Shown here piece by piece: positions 1-14,759 of a DNA stretch of 64,000 bases. This DNA comes from Schizosaccharomyces osmophilus (taxonomy: Eukaryota). Under the pieces are notes generated by a model, which saw only the letters and a list, made by a program, of their open reading frames with translations, was not told the DNA's origin and searched no databases. Each line of letters begins with the position of its first letter. Position 1 is the first letter of the stretch. A program made the position numbers and the translations under genes. The stretch is taken from the NCBI RefSeq assembly GCF_027921745.1, contig NC_079239.1:1984001-2048000 (forward strand). Direction: 5' to 3'.

Positions 1-1750
1 ATTATTATTGCTTCACACTTGTATAATACTTAATTCCCTCTACTCGACAAGGAAGGAGGGGTTTTCTCATTATAGTATGCGAAAATGCGATCGTTTAATA
101 GAGAAATGCCTCTTTTAGAAAATATGACACTGCTGAAGTCCTGCTAGGGGAAGTGTAAGCTGTAGAATTAAAACAAACAAATTACTTTCTGTATAATTCT
201 ATCGCAAAGAACTTTTACGGATGACCCAGGAGTGAATTTAGTTTCGATTCGATTCAAGTTTGCTTTTGGGTTTTTTCCCAAGCATGGATGGAGGTAATTG
301 ACTTTTTCAAATTGGAGAACAGTACGAAAAGCAATATCCTTCTTTAATATAAATTCAAAATTTGCGCAAGCGTTGACGAGAATAGACAGCCTCAAGATTC
401 AGAATCTTCGCAGACTGCTCGTAGGAAAAAGCCCATTAAATAAAAATTCCAAAAATATATAAAAGGATTGAGTTGTATGTATTGTTATTGAATCCATTTT
501 TCAGCACTTCGATCCCTGATTTATGTGAATCAAGGTCCCCCAAAAATCCTATATCAGACGAATAAAGACTTGATAATTCACAGCTCTACGCACAGATTCG
601 TAACAAAATACATTTTTGAAAATTGAGTGTGCTTGAAGTCCCCATGATATTCCCCAGATGCATATTTGCTAGGTTACCAAAGGCAATGAATCAGTATCCA
701 CGTCTCAAGTCCATTTTGAATGCCAACACAAAAATGACGAATCCAGTGAAAACAAGAAAGCAATACTTCCTATAGAGATTTTGTACAGGAAAAATCCTGT
801 TGGCACAGTTCAAATCTTGTTTGAAAAACCACTGTCAATATCATGAGTCCTTGTTTATGAGCATGGCACAAGTCAAATAATGGATCAACAGAAGTAAACA
901 ATCCGTAAGCCATTCAACTTTTCATCTTTAGGTATGATCAACGAAGGATGGAAATAACAAAGGATATAAATTTTGCGACTGATTTTTCGTTCGAAGCTCT
1001 TACGTTCTGGTTTCATATCACCACAGGCCCGACTTTACGATTCCTTTGACAAATCAAAGTGTGAATTACTCAATTTCATAATCAATTCAATCTTCTAACA
1101 CAGGCTGGAACTGTGCTTTCTCCTGTCCATTTGACGAAAGCGTTCTTCAGTATCTTTGTTGCAAAAATGACTTGACGGGGTCAATTAGACACAATAAGAA
1201 ATCATTAGCTTCGTCAATAGAAAGAATAAATTGTCCTATATAGAAAAGAATTTATGCTCATAGAAAAGAAACGCATTCTTTTCCATTTGAGACCCAAAGT
1301 TCTCTACACAATCTTCCAAGCACAGACTGGCGATACTATGTAGACTATGGATCCCTTAACCATTCATAAATTGTGTAGTTCATTTAGAAGACATTAGAAC
1401 CTATGGTAACATCCTCACTTTCCGGAAGACAGACGTATCCTTTTTCTTCGTAAAACACCATCCTCATACGTTACAAAAATAAAAAGAAAGCTTGTATTCA
1501 CCTATATTAGAGTGATAAAACGATTTAAAGTAGAAATGTCCCTTAAAACTCAACCCCATAACTTAGGTGGACGTCCCATCAAGCGTACAAGGTTCTTGTC
1601 AATGTATAGAATTTTTTTATTTCTTTTTTTCTGTTTTATTCATTGAAAACCTTGAAAACATTCATAATGTGAAATTCTAGGAGGAACCGCGACTCTGAAC
1701 TTGAAGAGAACATACACGGTCGTTCTTCTGAAAATACCATAATACTCAAC

Positions 1751-3069
1751 ATGGCGGAGGAAATCATGGATGACCTTGAATTTACGACTTCAGAAGATGT
1801 GAAAGCAGCTTCTTCTTGTAAGTAGAATAAAATTGACCATTTATCGCTAATACAATTGTCTAGTCGAAGAGATGAATCTCAAAGGTTCGTATAAAACTCG
1901 ACGATTCCACTTTATAAGAAATAAAGAAATCAGAGTCAGTTTCTTTGGCTTGATATACTAACATTTCATCAGAGGATTTACTACGTGGAATCTATGCTTA
2001 TGGGTATGAAGTTCCTAGTGCTGTTCAAAGCCGTGCAATTACTCAAATTTGTAAAGGACGAGATGTAATTGCCCAAGCACAATCTGGTACTGGTAAGACG
2101 GCTACGTTTACCGTCGGTATTCTTCAGTCTATCGACCTCTCTGTACGAGATACACAAGCTCTAATTCTTTCACCAACTCGAGAATTGGCCGTACAAATTC
2201 AAAATGTTGTGCTTGCTTTAGGTGACCATATGAATGTTCAATGTCATGCCTGCATCGGTGGAACTTCCGTAGGCAACGATATAAAAAAATTAGATTACGG
2301 TCAACATGTTGTTTCAGGAACTCCTGGTCGCGTGACAGATATGATCCGTAGAAGAAATCTTCGAACACGAAATGTCAAAATGCTAATTCTCGATGAAGCC
2401 GACGAGCTCTTGAATCAAGGTTTTAAAGAACAAATCTATGACATTTATCGTTACCTTCCTCCAGGTACTCAGGTTGTCGTAGTAAGTGCTACTTTACCAC
2501 AGGACGTTTTGGAAATGACAAGCAAATTTACTTCAGATCCTGTTCGCATTCTCGTAAAAAGAGACGAACTTACTCTGGAAGGTTTAAAACAATACTTCAT
2601 CGCCGTCGAGAAAGAAGAATGGAAATTTGACACCCTTTGTGATTTGTATGACACATTAACAATCACACAGGCTGTCATTTTTTGTAACTCTAGAAGAAAG
2701 GTAGATTGGCTTACTGAAAAAATGCGCGAAGCAAACTTCACTGTTGCTAGTATGCATGGTGAAATGCCACAAAAGGAACGGGACACTATTATGCAAGACT
2801 TTCGACAAGGAAATAGCCGAGTCTTGTTGTGCACGGATATTTGGGCTCGAGGAATTGATGTACAACAAGTGTCTCTTGTAATTAATTACGACCTTCCAAC
2901 AAATCGTGAGAATTACATTCATAGAATCGGTCGTAGTGGTAGATTTGGCCGCAAAGGTGTTGCTATTAATTTTGTCACAAACGAAGATGTTCGTATTCTT
3001 CGGGATATTGAACAATATTACTCTACGGTTATTGATGAGATGCCTATGAACGTTGGTGACATGGTATAA
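1751..3069 (+). CDS. fal1: eIF4AIII DEAD-box RNA helicase (exon junction complex core). 3 exons: 1751-1817, 1864-1884, 1973-3069; 394 aa
   Basis: Has the Q motif (PSAVQ), [30 protein letters not shown] and [13 protein letters not shown]. The N-terminus [17 protein letters not shown] and the C-terminus [10 protein letters not shown] are eIF4AIII-like. Introns are GTAAGT..CTAAT..TAG and GTTCGT..CTAAC..CAG. The spliced length of 1185 nt is in frame. Confidence 0.95.
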
Positions 3070-3397
3070 AAGGTACAATTTAGTTAGGATAAATTCCTTT
3101 TCTTAATTACAGGCTATCTTACAAACATGAATATGATAACGGAAGGTATACAGGAGTTCTTATTGTCAAAAATATTTTGTTTTGGAAAAGATTAGAAGTT
3201 GATTACCTGTTAGTTTTTTTTTAAACAATAGAAGCATACCAAAATTTTATTAAATAAAGGCTTAATTTATTACTTTTAACCGATGAAACCTGTAATTATT
3301 CATTAAATAACGTTATATACTCATATTTTATATTTATGCTTTTAGTTGCTATTTTTATTTTTTTAAGACATAGTCTCATTAACCCAAAAATTAATAA

Positions 3398-6300
3398 TTA
3401 CAACCACGCCTGCCAGAGCTGATCCATCTGAGCAAGCTGCTTGGGGTTTGTAGCTTGCGATATTAAGTCAATCAGCGTTTGTGTTATTGGCAAATTATCA
3501 GGAACGTTCTGGCTTATGACAGTCGCCCTTCGGGACAATAATTCGACATTAAACCTCACCATCTCAAATAATTGCAATCCCTGCGGTAAAGGTTTCTTTT
3601 GCTGCTTATGCCACCACAAAACTTCATCACGGATATATAGACTGAGATATTGCCTTATGTCAGCGTCCGAGCTTGAGCAACTCTGAGCAAAGCTTATGAG
3701 AACACCAACCAGCAAGCCCTCTATTCCAATATCGCCAATTAAATACTGAACAGGAGGAGTCAAACGGAATGGAACTGCTTCGGGGTTGTTAAACGTAGGC
3801 TGGTTCGAAGTCATCAAAGGTAAAAGATCTGCAGAACTTATGCTTCCTGAGCTACGATTAATAATAATCTTATGAGGAAATCTGCTTCCGACATTAAACA
3901 TGTAGGTAATCATCAAGAAGTAAGCATATTGTACAGTAAAAGCACGTTTAAAGAACCAAAAATCCGAATAATTATTATAGGCTTTACTGAAATAATCATA
4001 GTAGATCGTCTCAGGTATAAGGGAATCTTTGATCGTGTCTAAGATTTGCATCCTTAAGGCTAGAGTACGTCGACGGTAAACCTTTTTCTTTTCCTCCAAA
4101 GAACTATTCTCTAAGTTCATTTTGTTGCCACGTTTTAATTGAATAAGATTTGACTGCAACTTGTCGAAGAAGAAACGAATAGGGTGATCAGATACCATCC
4201 CATGTTCTTCACAATACCAATCATTAATTTCCTGCGCTGTTACATTCGCATCGTCATCACTTAAGATACGCATATGAGAAGAAAGTGGAATTGAGATGGG
4301 TACGTTGAAGGTGATATTTCGACGTCGGACTTCAATTTTTGTCTCCAGAATCGAATTGATATAACGTAAAAGTTGGTGCATACGTTCTTCACGTCTACTA
4401 TGGCGAGTGGCAGGGTACTGTAGAGCGAAAGGATATAAAATGCCATCATAACCCCTCATCGTAAGTCGTTTGTAACAAATATTGTGTCCTCTTATGAGAT
4501 CGACATTGGGAACAAATCTTTCTAACCGGACAAATTCATTATTGTTGTCACGATCCAAAAGATATTGACCGGGAATTTCCACCTCATCAAATTTTTGATG
4601 CTGAAATTCACTTAAATAAAGGCTGCACTGTTCCAAATGAAGACACTTAGGGCGTTGGTCTAGAATTTCTACAAACCTCTTCTTCCAAACACGCAACTTA
4701 TCCACGTAAGCCAGCAATGTCAAATCTTGCTCAACAAAATCTTTCATGAAAGCTTCTCGAATAGATGTAGGTAATACATTTTCTGCAAAACGCTGTATAT
4801 TAGCTTTTGTCATTGGGAGTTGAGGCGTATTCTTTGTCACAACGCCAAGCCTTGTAATATACTGTAAACCGTCATTCAACAACGCAACAATTAGTCTATA
4901 AGCATCTTCGTCAGGAAAAGATTTAAGACGAGATTGAATCTGGTCCACCATAGTTTCCATTGTTAAAGCCAATAATGGATAAGCAGTTTTCAGAATAGCC
5001 ATTATATCCCCAGTGTTTTGAGATGGTAGACGAGCATTTGAGTGACTATGTTTTCCGTTCATTTCACTGCTCATAAATCCCTCGTTTATAGGAGTTACGC
5101 TAGGAGAGCTTGAAAAGGATGTACCCGAATTCACGTCCCTGGCTTTAGTATCTGTTGGTAAACTTTCAGTAGAGCCATTTGAGGTAGAAGCCTTAGCTGC
5201 CGCTTCTGCCAATTGCTGTTTATTCGCAAGAGTATAATCCTCAAAAGCGGTACGAAGTTGAAAGTGAAGTGCCTGAGGGTATGTTCTAGCTATTACTATT
5301 AATATTGCTCGAGCATGCGGCGCTTCGTTACGTGACAAAGAAGTTAATAACTGAGGAATAAAAGAAACCCAATTCCACGCTGGAATTTCGGATTTAAATG
5401 AGGTAACGACAGCAGATATGCCTCCTTGAACGTCAATAGAAAGCAACCAAAGAAGTCGACTGAGGTACTTCTTAGCTTTTGAACTGGGATATAGTGATGC
5501 AGCCTGAAGATAGCAACTAACAGCATTACAAGCGTGCCAAGGATCCTGGGGTGATGCACTAAATAGGTTGTCATGATACAAACCCCATTCAGCCCAAGCC
5601 TTTCCAAGTGATAAATCAATTTGTACTGCTGTAGCGAAGGCTTGATTTGCCTCATCATATTCTCCTAGGCTACTCTGGAACATTCCTTTCAATGTAAAAA
5701 ATTCAGCTTTTTGAGGGTTACGAAAGTACATAAGGTTGGTATTGTTTATAACTTCTAAACCCAAATGCATTTCCGAGGGGTACTCATAATGACATTTCGC
5801 TTGTTCACGTAATTTCAGAAAAGCCTCTTGTATTTCTATGTTCGGCAGTGTATAGATTTTAGTAAGTTGACCAATGCAAACTTCAGGTAAATGCTGCACT
5901 CGAGCAACGTGGGCGAATCGATTTATTATCCATGCCAATTCATGGTACCCTCGGTAAAGATAAGATGCCGAATTGCTGTTCGAAGTGCCATTTGGCGCCT
6001 GTTGAAGAGCTGAAGCCAAGGGCAAAAAAACATTGTTAATGGCTTTAAAAACAGTTTTTCTCCAAGAAACTAAATCACTCCAACAATCAATATCATCCCA
6101 TATATTAGGTAAGCGCTCCCTCCAACTTTGCAAAATAACCTTTATGTCTTGAAGCTTGGTATCTAGGTTTTCAACAGTAGTACTCTCAAGTTGTGTGTAG
6201 ATATTATAAGCTTCTTGCATTTCTGCAAGCTCCTGGAAATGATGCAATAAAGGTGCATGAGACTGAAAAATGCGCTTGGGTAATTGCTGCCAACGGCGTA

Positions 6301-9300
6301 AAGAGAACTGCATACCCTCATGAATGATTTTAGAGAATTCATTCGCAGTATCTGTTTTCCGCTCTCCGCTTGTTAGAAAGAGCAGAGCATCCGACGTATG
6401 TCGCCTCAGGCTCACTAATGGTGAAAGTGTTTTGACCGGCTTCTCAATTTTATCACGATCAGTGTTCCAATCCAGAACTCGCCAAGCACTTTCTATGTAT
6501 AATTCATCGCAGCCCTCTTGTTTTGATAAATCCAAAAGGACATCCCACTGATTCAGCTTTTGGGCAGATTTAATCCAATGATCATGCCAAAATCCATTTT
6601 CTTGAGGTGAATAGGGTATAGCACCAGCACAAGTATTTATTTGGGCTTGTTCATATACCAATTGTGCTTTTTCCCATTTGTAGCATTGTTCATAAGACGC
6701 AGCAATTTCTGTCTGTAGGTAGCGAGAACGTCGTTTCCATAGACCAATATATAAGTCATGCTCATTTAAACCATAATAAATCTCACTTAAAGCGTCTAAA
6801 CAGGAATTTCTATAAACTAATAACTCGTCGTCCCTAAAACCGGGATTATTGCGAAGTGCGTTTTCTAACAGAAGAATGCATTGATGGTGTAAACCGAAGT
6901 TTTTACTTAAAAAAGATAATAACTGCGGCGGTAAAGCAATAAATCTATCAGAAAGCAAAATAGCACTCAAAAACGTTTCCAAAACACTGGGTGTCTTTCC
7001 GAGTAACCTTATATGATATTCTTTCGAAAGAATGAAGATCACGGCTTTAGAAGCCAAAGCAACTTGCTCAGAAGAAAAACTGGAAAACGATGCGTTGAAT
7101 AAATCCTCCCAGAGGGCGCCAGCCGCTTCAGAATCTACAGTCTGCATCTTTGATACTGGAATCATGATGTCTGAAAGCTTGATATTGCTTAGACCATCGG
7201 AAATCACTTCATATGTGACGAGCGCAGATTTTATATTATCATCTTCCGAATCACAGTCCGTTTCTAATGGTTCTGAAGGTAAATACGAAGAAAGCATTGG
7301 AAAACGCTTAGGCTTTTTAAACAAGATGCAATTTTTATCGAGCTCAAAGCAGTCAATCAGAAAAGAATTCAGTTGGGGTATCCAGTATGTATTTGAAAGT
7401 GAGTCCCAGTGATGCACTCCAAGTAGCTTGCAGAATCGTGAACATAGATCCGTAGGAAGGTTCATATTTAAAGTATGTATAAATAAATCGCGAATTTTAG
7501 AGTCCGAACTTCTGGTACCCAACAAGTACACCGCATCAAGTCGATAAAGCAGCTCGCTGCCGTCGTATTCCTTCATTTGAAAAACATCGTGAATGAAATA
7601 AAGATAGTCTGAAAAGAGGCTTGAATTATTTAGCCTCGTAAATCTGTTTTCAAATGAGACCATTTTTAATAACAACGCAGCTTTCTCCTTTAAAGTAGGG
7701 ATTGAAGCCTCGAGGTTAACAACCCAATTGCGAACAGCATTGAAAATGGTTGAACATATTTTTTCATTCGTTGATTTTTCAATGATTTGAACCAAGGCAC
7801 TAAGAAACCACCTTCGCTGATCTTTTAAATCGCTTATGTGTGAACAACCTATTTCAATCATTGACATAAGCACTGAATATGTTTCATCTTTCACAGGATC
7901 CTGTTGCATGTTCACAGCTGGCGTTAACATTTCTTGCGTTCCTAAAGAAAGTACATCCTTCGTTACCTTATGAAAAGAACGCATAAAAGCTGCAAGCAAA
8001 TTAACGGAAGTCTTCTTTCTCGCAAGACAGCAATTTAAACAAGATAAAGCAACATCAAGTTGGGAACCAGCAACTAATTGCCTTTCCGTCCATTCACTAA
8101 TAGTGCTCCAAATTTCTGAAATTCCTGGTATACTTGTTAAGGAAGGACGAACCATTGGTAACGAAAGAACCGAAGAAACGAAATTACTTAATGATGGCTG
8201 AACTATATAGTTTTCATTCTGTAAGGACTGCACCATTAGTAGTTTCAGGTCATTGAAGTTTTCCATGATCCACGTATCATCCGCAGTCTTTATTACTACA
8301 GACAATGTCTTTAAGGAATTTGCATACATTATAGAGTTTGACTCGGTTGAATCAAAATGTGCTATGCTTTTTGTGAAAAAGGTAAGCTTCATTCCAAGAT
8401 TAGACCATTCTTTGGAAGAAAATAGCTGTTCAAGTACACCCGCGGCTTCTTGGCACAAGCCTTCGGTATACAGTTCTGAATACAGACATATAAACCGGAA
8501 CAAGAAACTTAATATGGCACGTTTTTGATTATTTGTAAAAATTTCTGTTTTCTGTTCAGATCTCTCGGTTTGATCCCAGGAAACTAACATTTTCACAAGA
8601 TTTAACGATAGTGAACGAATTTCCAGATTTGGATTTGGAATCCCTCCCAACTTATATAGAGAATCTATTATGATAGAGACATAAGCTGATCTATACAAAT
8701 AAAAATAGGAAACGCGTGTGCTTATAAAGTCAAGAACATTTAGTAGCTGCGATATATTTTGGCTTTGACTTCTTATCATTTGTAAAGGAAGCTCAACCAT
8801 GTGATTTGACAACTCACTCGATAAAGACATAGACGAAAAAATACATTCAAAGGAAGACTTCACAGTATGCCTGACCTCAACAGGAGGACTCTTAAGTAAT
8901 GCTTTGTAGACGAGGCCAGGTATAAAATCCGGGACGGAGAATACAGAACTAAAAATAGACAGGGAATAGATCGATAACTGCTTTATAATAAGATCTTCAG
9001 AATTTGCTAAAGCGCAGCATAGTGACATTAATTCTTTTTTGAAATCGCCTAAAACCTTATAATCATTCTTTAAAAAAAATAAAATGATCTGTAAGGTTCC
9101 CATACTGACTCCATCGTCATAAAAAGTCCCAATTTTAGCGGAAATACCTTTAAAATAAAGTTTGTAAAGTGAATAGAACCACGCTTGACACGATTCGCCA
9201 TTTGTCTTGTGATGGTGGAAATACTGCAGCAAAACATCATTGAGAAGCGTATTTTTTAGTTGCAATGAGCTATTTGAACTTAGAAAGTTAAACAGAAGAC

Positions 9301-12300
9301 TTCGTAGCTTCACTTCAAAATTTTCAGTAAGGCTGTTTTGAAGATGCTTTGTCAATGTGATCATGAGAGTATTGGATAAATAATATTCAATACTCTGAAA
9401 AGCCGCTAGTAGATCCAAACCAGAATCAAATTCTTTTATACAATGGTCGTATATTTTCAGCAAGAACTCACATAATTGAATTAAAACTCTTTCCCAAGAT
9501 GTAATAAAAGTGATAGTTCCTCCATTATTAATTAAGTCACCAATTATTTCGACAGCGTTTGTGAGCGCTTTAAAGAATGAATTTTTTTCTTTGAAGAACG
9601 AAGGGTCTCTTTTGAATATTTCGCAAGAAACTTCCAATGCGAAAGAATATCTCGTATTGTTGGACGTAGGCACTTCCGTAGTTAAAATCGAGCGAAAGAC
9701 GCTCCAATTTTCCTTCACTACAAGTATTAAATCTTCAGATTCCTTTGATCGAAGTAGCTCAATCAAAAAATTGTTACAAACGGAATCATCAATCCTGGCA
9801 TAGAAAAATTCCCAGGCATCACGTGGATAGCGATTAATGTACTTCAATAATGGGATACCGAAGTAATTAGGGCAAGTACGATTGAGCTTCATTTCGATGT
9901 CTAATACGCATTTCAATAAGTCTTGCATGAATTGGTTTGCGTTGCTGGGAAGTAGGTGAAAGATATTAATGAGAGCCTGGATAATCCTCATCTCAGTTTG
10001 AGAAGCTAAAGGCATCTTCGATATCTCACGTAAATTTACTGTGTCACGAAGAGCAATCAAATGATCCAAAAGTTTCCTTCCAATCTCCACCTTGAAATAG
10101 TTTGTCAGAAGAGAAAGTAATCTAGCAAGCCCTTCCAAACCAGCAACGGTGAGCCGCTTGTGATCAGATATATTAAACAGTATCGGACGCAATCCAGTCT
10201 GTAACAACTCCTTTGGGAGCTTCTGGTCATCCTTTAGAGCGTATTGCAACCCAGTAAATGCTGCTTCTATAACTTCATTAGATTTAACGTAGAGTGACTT
10301 GAAGAACACAGAAATAATTTTCCCCCTTAAGTGAACATGCTGGCCTTGAGTCAAATCAATTTTATTGATAATAGAAATTAGAAGGTTGATGCAAACAACC
10401 CTTAATCTCACAAGGAATGCTGCATTTTTAAAATGTGAGGCTTTGTTGTGACCTATTAAGGCATCGTCATCTGCACCCGCAAGAGCAATAGTTTCGTGAA
10501 TTATTCGCATTACTTCTTCATTCAAAGATATCAAATGACCTTCCAACCCTATGAAATAATAAACGGCATCTATATGTCCAATTTGTATGTGAAACGGAAG
10601 AGCCCGTAATGGCTTGGCAAAAATCGGACCCAAAAGCCTTTCCTTATATTGAGAAACAAGCTCCGAAATGGGGACCGTAGACAGAGAGGAAAGAAGGGAC
10701 AGCAATTCTCGAGTTGAATTGCGTACTACCGAGTTGTGATTGGAAAGTTCCAATACTAAATGGCCTAGAACCCCAGGAGCAATTTTAGTATCCTTAGTGG
10801 TGTAGATTTTCTCAAACAAACATTTCAAAACATCCATAACTGTCGTTTTACATATAGAAGGTACTTCGGGAGTAGTATCCTTAAGGGTGAAAAACAATGC
10901 AGTTAAAATATCAGCTTGTCTGTCAAATAACCATAAAGACGAACATTTTTGTTCTATTAGATACTTAAGACCAAGGCAACCGCCAAACTTATGATGCCAC
11001 TGACAGTCATAGCAATTATGTCTAAAATCAGAAAGCAAAACCTCAAAAATGGGTAAAATATAAGCATGCTGGGAACCAGAAAAAAGCGACGAAGCAAATT
11101 CAAACATGAAGTTCAAAACATGACTAACTGAATTTCTTATCCTCTCATCATCTTCGCACATTACTTTCGCTAAGCAATGGGAAAAATAATGAGAGCTTAG
11201 GATGGGCTCTTTGCGAGAATATCGAGGTAATTCACCATTGCCGTCTTTGCATAAATCAACAGCGTACAGTAAATCATACACAAGAATGTTAGCGGCGAGT
11301 GCTTTCAAACTTTGCAATGCACTCTCACTTAAGCCTTCAACTGAGGTAGCTATAAATAAACCATAAGTAGCACGGAATAGTACGGCATTTTCAACTGAGT
11401 CATCATCGATTTTACAGATAAAATCACGACCCGTTCCTCGATTAGTAGCGAACGAATAGGGTCTTTTGAAGTCAACATTTGATTGTAACAACTGCTGAGC
11501 ACTGGCTCTAATGCGAGAGCCTATATTATCTATATCACTTGTCTGCTGAAAAAAAATCTTCGTGATTGTTCTCAAATAATAAAAAGATTGACGTTTGATT
11601 TCGACATCTAAATTTTGTCTAGTTAAGATGTTTACTGCGGGATTCACATAATTCAAAATATGTAAAAGCTGTGTCCGGTCGGTTCCTTTGATATCCACAA
11701 GCGTAGTAAAATCCTTGAAGAAAGAAGAAGTTACGTTCATTCTTTGGATTTTGTTTAGAAGTTTACGGTTTCTCCCACCTAATTTGCCGAGAATTCTAAG
11801 GGCATTGTGACTATATTGATGGCCGTATGGTAAAGGCTGAAGATGGCCCCATAAAGCATCCATAAGTTCATCAATAACAGGCGCCATAATTGGATCCAAG
11901 AAATCCGGAGTTAAATTGTCAAGAAAAAGTTCGAAAGTTCTTAAACCTTGGTTTACCAGTTCTTGACCGCTTTTCAAAGAGTTAACCAACGGTTTCATTA
12001 AGTAGCTCAAGTATGGTAAAAGAAGACTGAGACGGACAGGAACAGTCAAACAAAGTTCCGTAAATAAATCCCTTTCCTTCTGAGATTTGGCGGAAGCCAA
12101 TAAGGAGTTGAAAGCTTCCAACAAGGCATGCAAGAGGGGCATAATCTCCTTGTATAAGCTATCAAAACGACCACCACCAATACCTCTGAATAGAGCACGT
12201 AGAAGCAGGTAGTAGTTTAAAGAATTTTTAGAATTCGGTGCAAATTTCATGCATTTGATAACTATTTCAGAAACATAAGGTCGTAAAACGGGCTCGTTTT

Positions 12301-14463
12301 TTGGAGCAAACAAAGAAACAGTAACGAAGGATAATCGAAAAAGCCTCAGCATAACAGAACCATGTCTTTCGTCGGAAGAACCTAGTTCGTCCAACTTTGA
12401 AAGTAGAAAGCGAAGTAAAACGTTAAGGAACCTTGGGGATGTGCTTTCGTTAGAAAGAAGAAACTGCGGAATATGGAATAAAGTAAGGTTTAATTTTAGC
12501 TGCTCGAAAAACATAGGTAAATTTGATTCAAAAATTTCAATGAATAAAGGGGGCTCAAGATGAATAAATATTGTTGCAAATACTTCCAAACAGTCTTTCT
12601 CGTCTTTATTTTTTGGAAGTGTGGATGTTAACGGTTTATCGAGATTGTCTTCGTTTCCAGCATAATACATTTCCCAGTAAACTTCGTCGGGTCGAAAAAA
12701 AGAAAGACCCTTTGCAACCTCGACAAAAAGCTTCTTAAATATATGAGTCTCTTGGATAGTAGTTAACTTCTCGATGCTATTAAGGTGTAAATTTGAAGCC
12801 TCGAAGCTGCGAGCCTTGCACATTCGCAACCCATACATCAATGCACGTAACCCAAGCATTAGATTCTTAAACAGGAAAGAGCCATCCTTCTCCATTGAGA
12901 TAATGGAGGGCAACTGCTCTTCCATGTGAAATTTTGCCGAGCCGTCTTCTCGTCGCACAGCCTTTTCGTTTTGTTGATGAAACCTGCCTTGTAGCTTATA
13001 ATTAAGTTCATGGAATTTTGCTATAAAGGCATCAAAAATAAAGAAAAGAAGTGAGATTGAGTCAGCTGGATTGGGAAGGCTTATAATGCGATCAATCATA
13101 TTCAAAACAAGTCGAGCTCCCATAGTTTGTAAGCCTATACTTAAACTGGGATCATGTAAATTATGCGAATAAATAGTGATCGCTTTTCGAATTTGCTCAC
13201 TACTGACTTCGTTGCGAATATGATGAAGCAAGTCGGCTAAAGTGCTATAAGCAAGCGGTCGTAATAATTCTCTTGCAGCAACACCTTTTCCAAGCAGTAT
13301 ATTGGGTTCAAGCAAGGAATCCAAAACTGTAATAAATAATCTACGTAAATTTGTTGAAAGTATATGCCGACTAGCGACCAGTAACTCTTTTCGAGCAAAG
13401 CACATGTCATGCGGACATCTCCGCAGAAGCGTGACGACAATTAATGGAATCACCTCCTTGTTGGTAAACGTCTCTGGGAAGGTTCTCAATATGTAAGCGA
13501 CAAATGAAAGCGTTTTCACCTGAGCCATGAAAACGGACCTATATGTGCTCTTATTTTTGACAGCTCTAAAAAAATCAAAGCTAGTATCCTCATTTACCCT
13601 AGCCGACAAGTCATCTGGAATTGGCACGTCAATTTGAAGTATATCCAGAAGAAAAGGAAGGAGCAACTGTACATTTGAGGTAGCAGATTGTCGGAGGACT
13701 TGAAGGATGAGCACGATTACAACGGGGCATTCAATAAACACACGAAAGCTCTGAAGAGCTGGCTGAAGATTCCGCTCTCCTGCAGACTGATGATTCATTA
13801 GTTGGTGTAAATCAAGTGTCTCTTTGTACAGGTAGCTGCCTGGTGCGGAAGTAAACAAGAGAGAATGTTCGTCAACGGCAGAAGACATAATACTACTTTT
13901 GGGAAAGCAAAAAGGGATTGTGGATGGGAGTTTACGGACTAATGAAACAACCAAATCAAAAAAGCTTTGAGCGCAACCATGGATAGAGCCTTTAAAAGAC
14001 TTGAAAACATCCATGATAATCTTTAGGCAAAAAATCGCTATTTCATCATTTTCTGACCGTATAAACCAAATCAATCGAGTAACACAAAGTTCAGCATATG
14101 GTTGAAATTCGTCTTCATGGGCGCATTGCTGCAATATGCTCAGAACATTTCGCTTTAGCTCATTTTCAATGGATTCCGAATCAAAAGAAACCTCAAAGGA
14201 ATGTGCAAAATCTAATAAAAATGGTATCCATGATGGGTATATCGTGTTTAAATTCTGAGCACTGGAGAAAGGAAACTCTTTATTGAAAGAAGCAAGGATC
14301 TCATTTTTCTTGCTTATATCTTTAGATATGTTAGCATTTCTTCTTTACAGTCATCTCACGCAACAATTCCACCCTAGCACACATGAGTATGATACATACC
14401 AAGGTTGTCATTTTTCAGTGACTCAAATGAGTCTTCCAGAGTATTCCTTAAATCTTCCCCCAT
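3398..14463 (-). CDS. tra2: TRRAP/Tra1-family PIKK pseudokinase (NuA4 subunit Tra2). Exons 14463-14400 and 14319-3398; about 3661 aa
   Basis: 3578-aa ORF with HEAT repeats, a FAT domain, a PI3K-like domain (EVEIPGQY, RHSRREER, PEAVPFRLT) and a FATC ending QLWQAWL. An upstream exon from ATG 14463 joins in frame through a GTATGT..CTAAC..AAG intron. Tra2 rather than Tra1 is assigned from recalled synteny with fal1 and trk2. Confidence 0.92.
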
Positions 14464-14759
14464 AATTAAGTCTGTCCCATAAGGCGTATTTAAGTCTTTA
14501 TAAATCGCTTATGAACAGAATATGTGACAATAACTCTGAGAACAGGGTTTAAAATCGACTCTGTAAACTAATGTCGTTCATGCTGTCTCAGGTCTGGTGT
14601 TGTATAACGATGTCGCTCTAATACGCTAAATCGAGATTTTGTCATTTGTCATACTTTCACATTTAGCAGTAAGAGAAGTTCTTAGTTTTTTTGCTGTTAG
14701 CGATAAAGCTCAACGGATTCTATTGCGGTCTTAACAGGGATTATTCAAAAAGAAATGAG

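Noticed and set aside
3398..4700. Tra2 kinase-like domain lacking catalytic residues
   Set aside because: This is an established property of all TRRAP/Tra1 proteins and is not novel.
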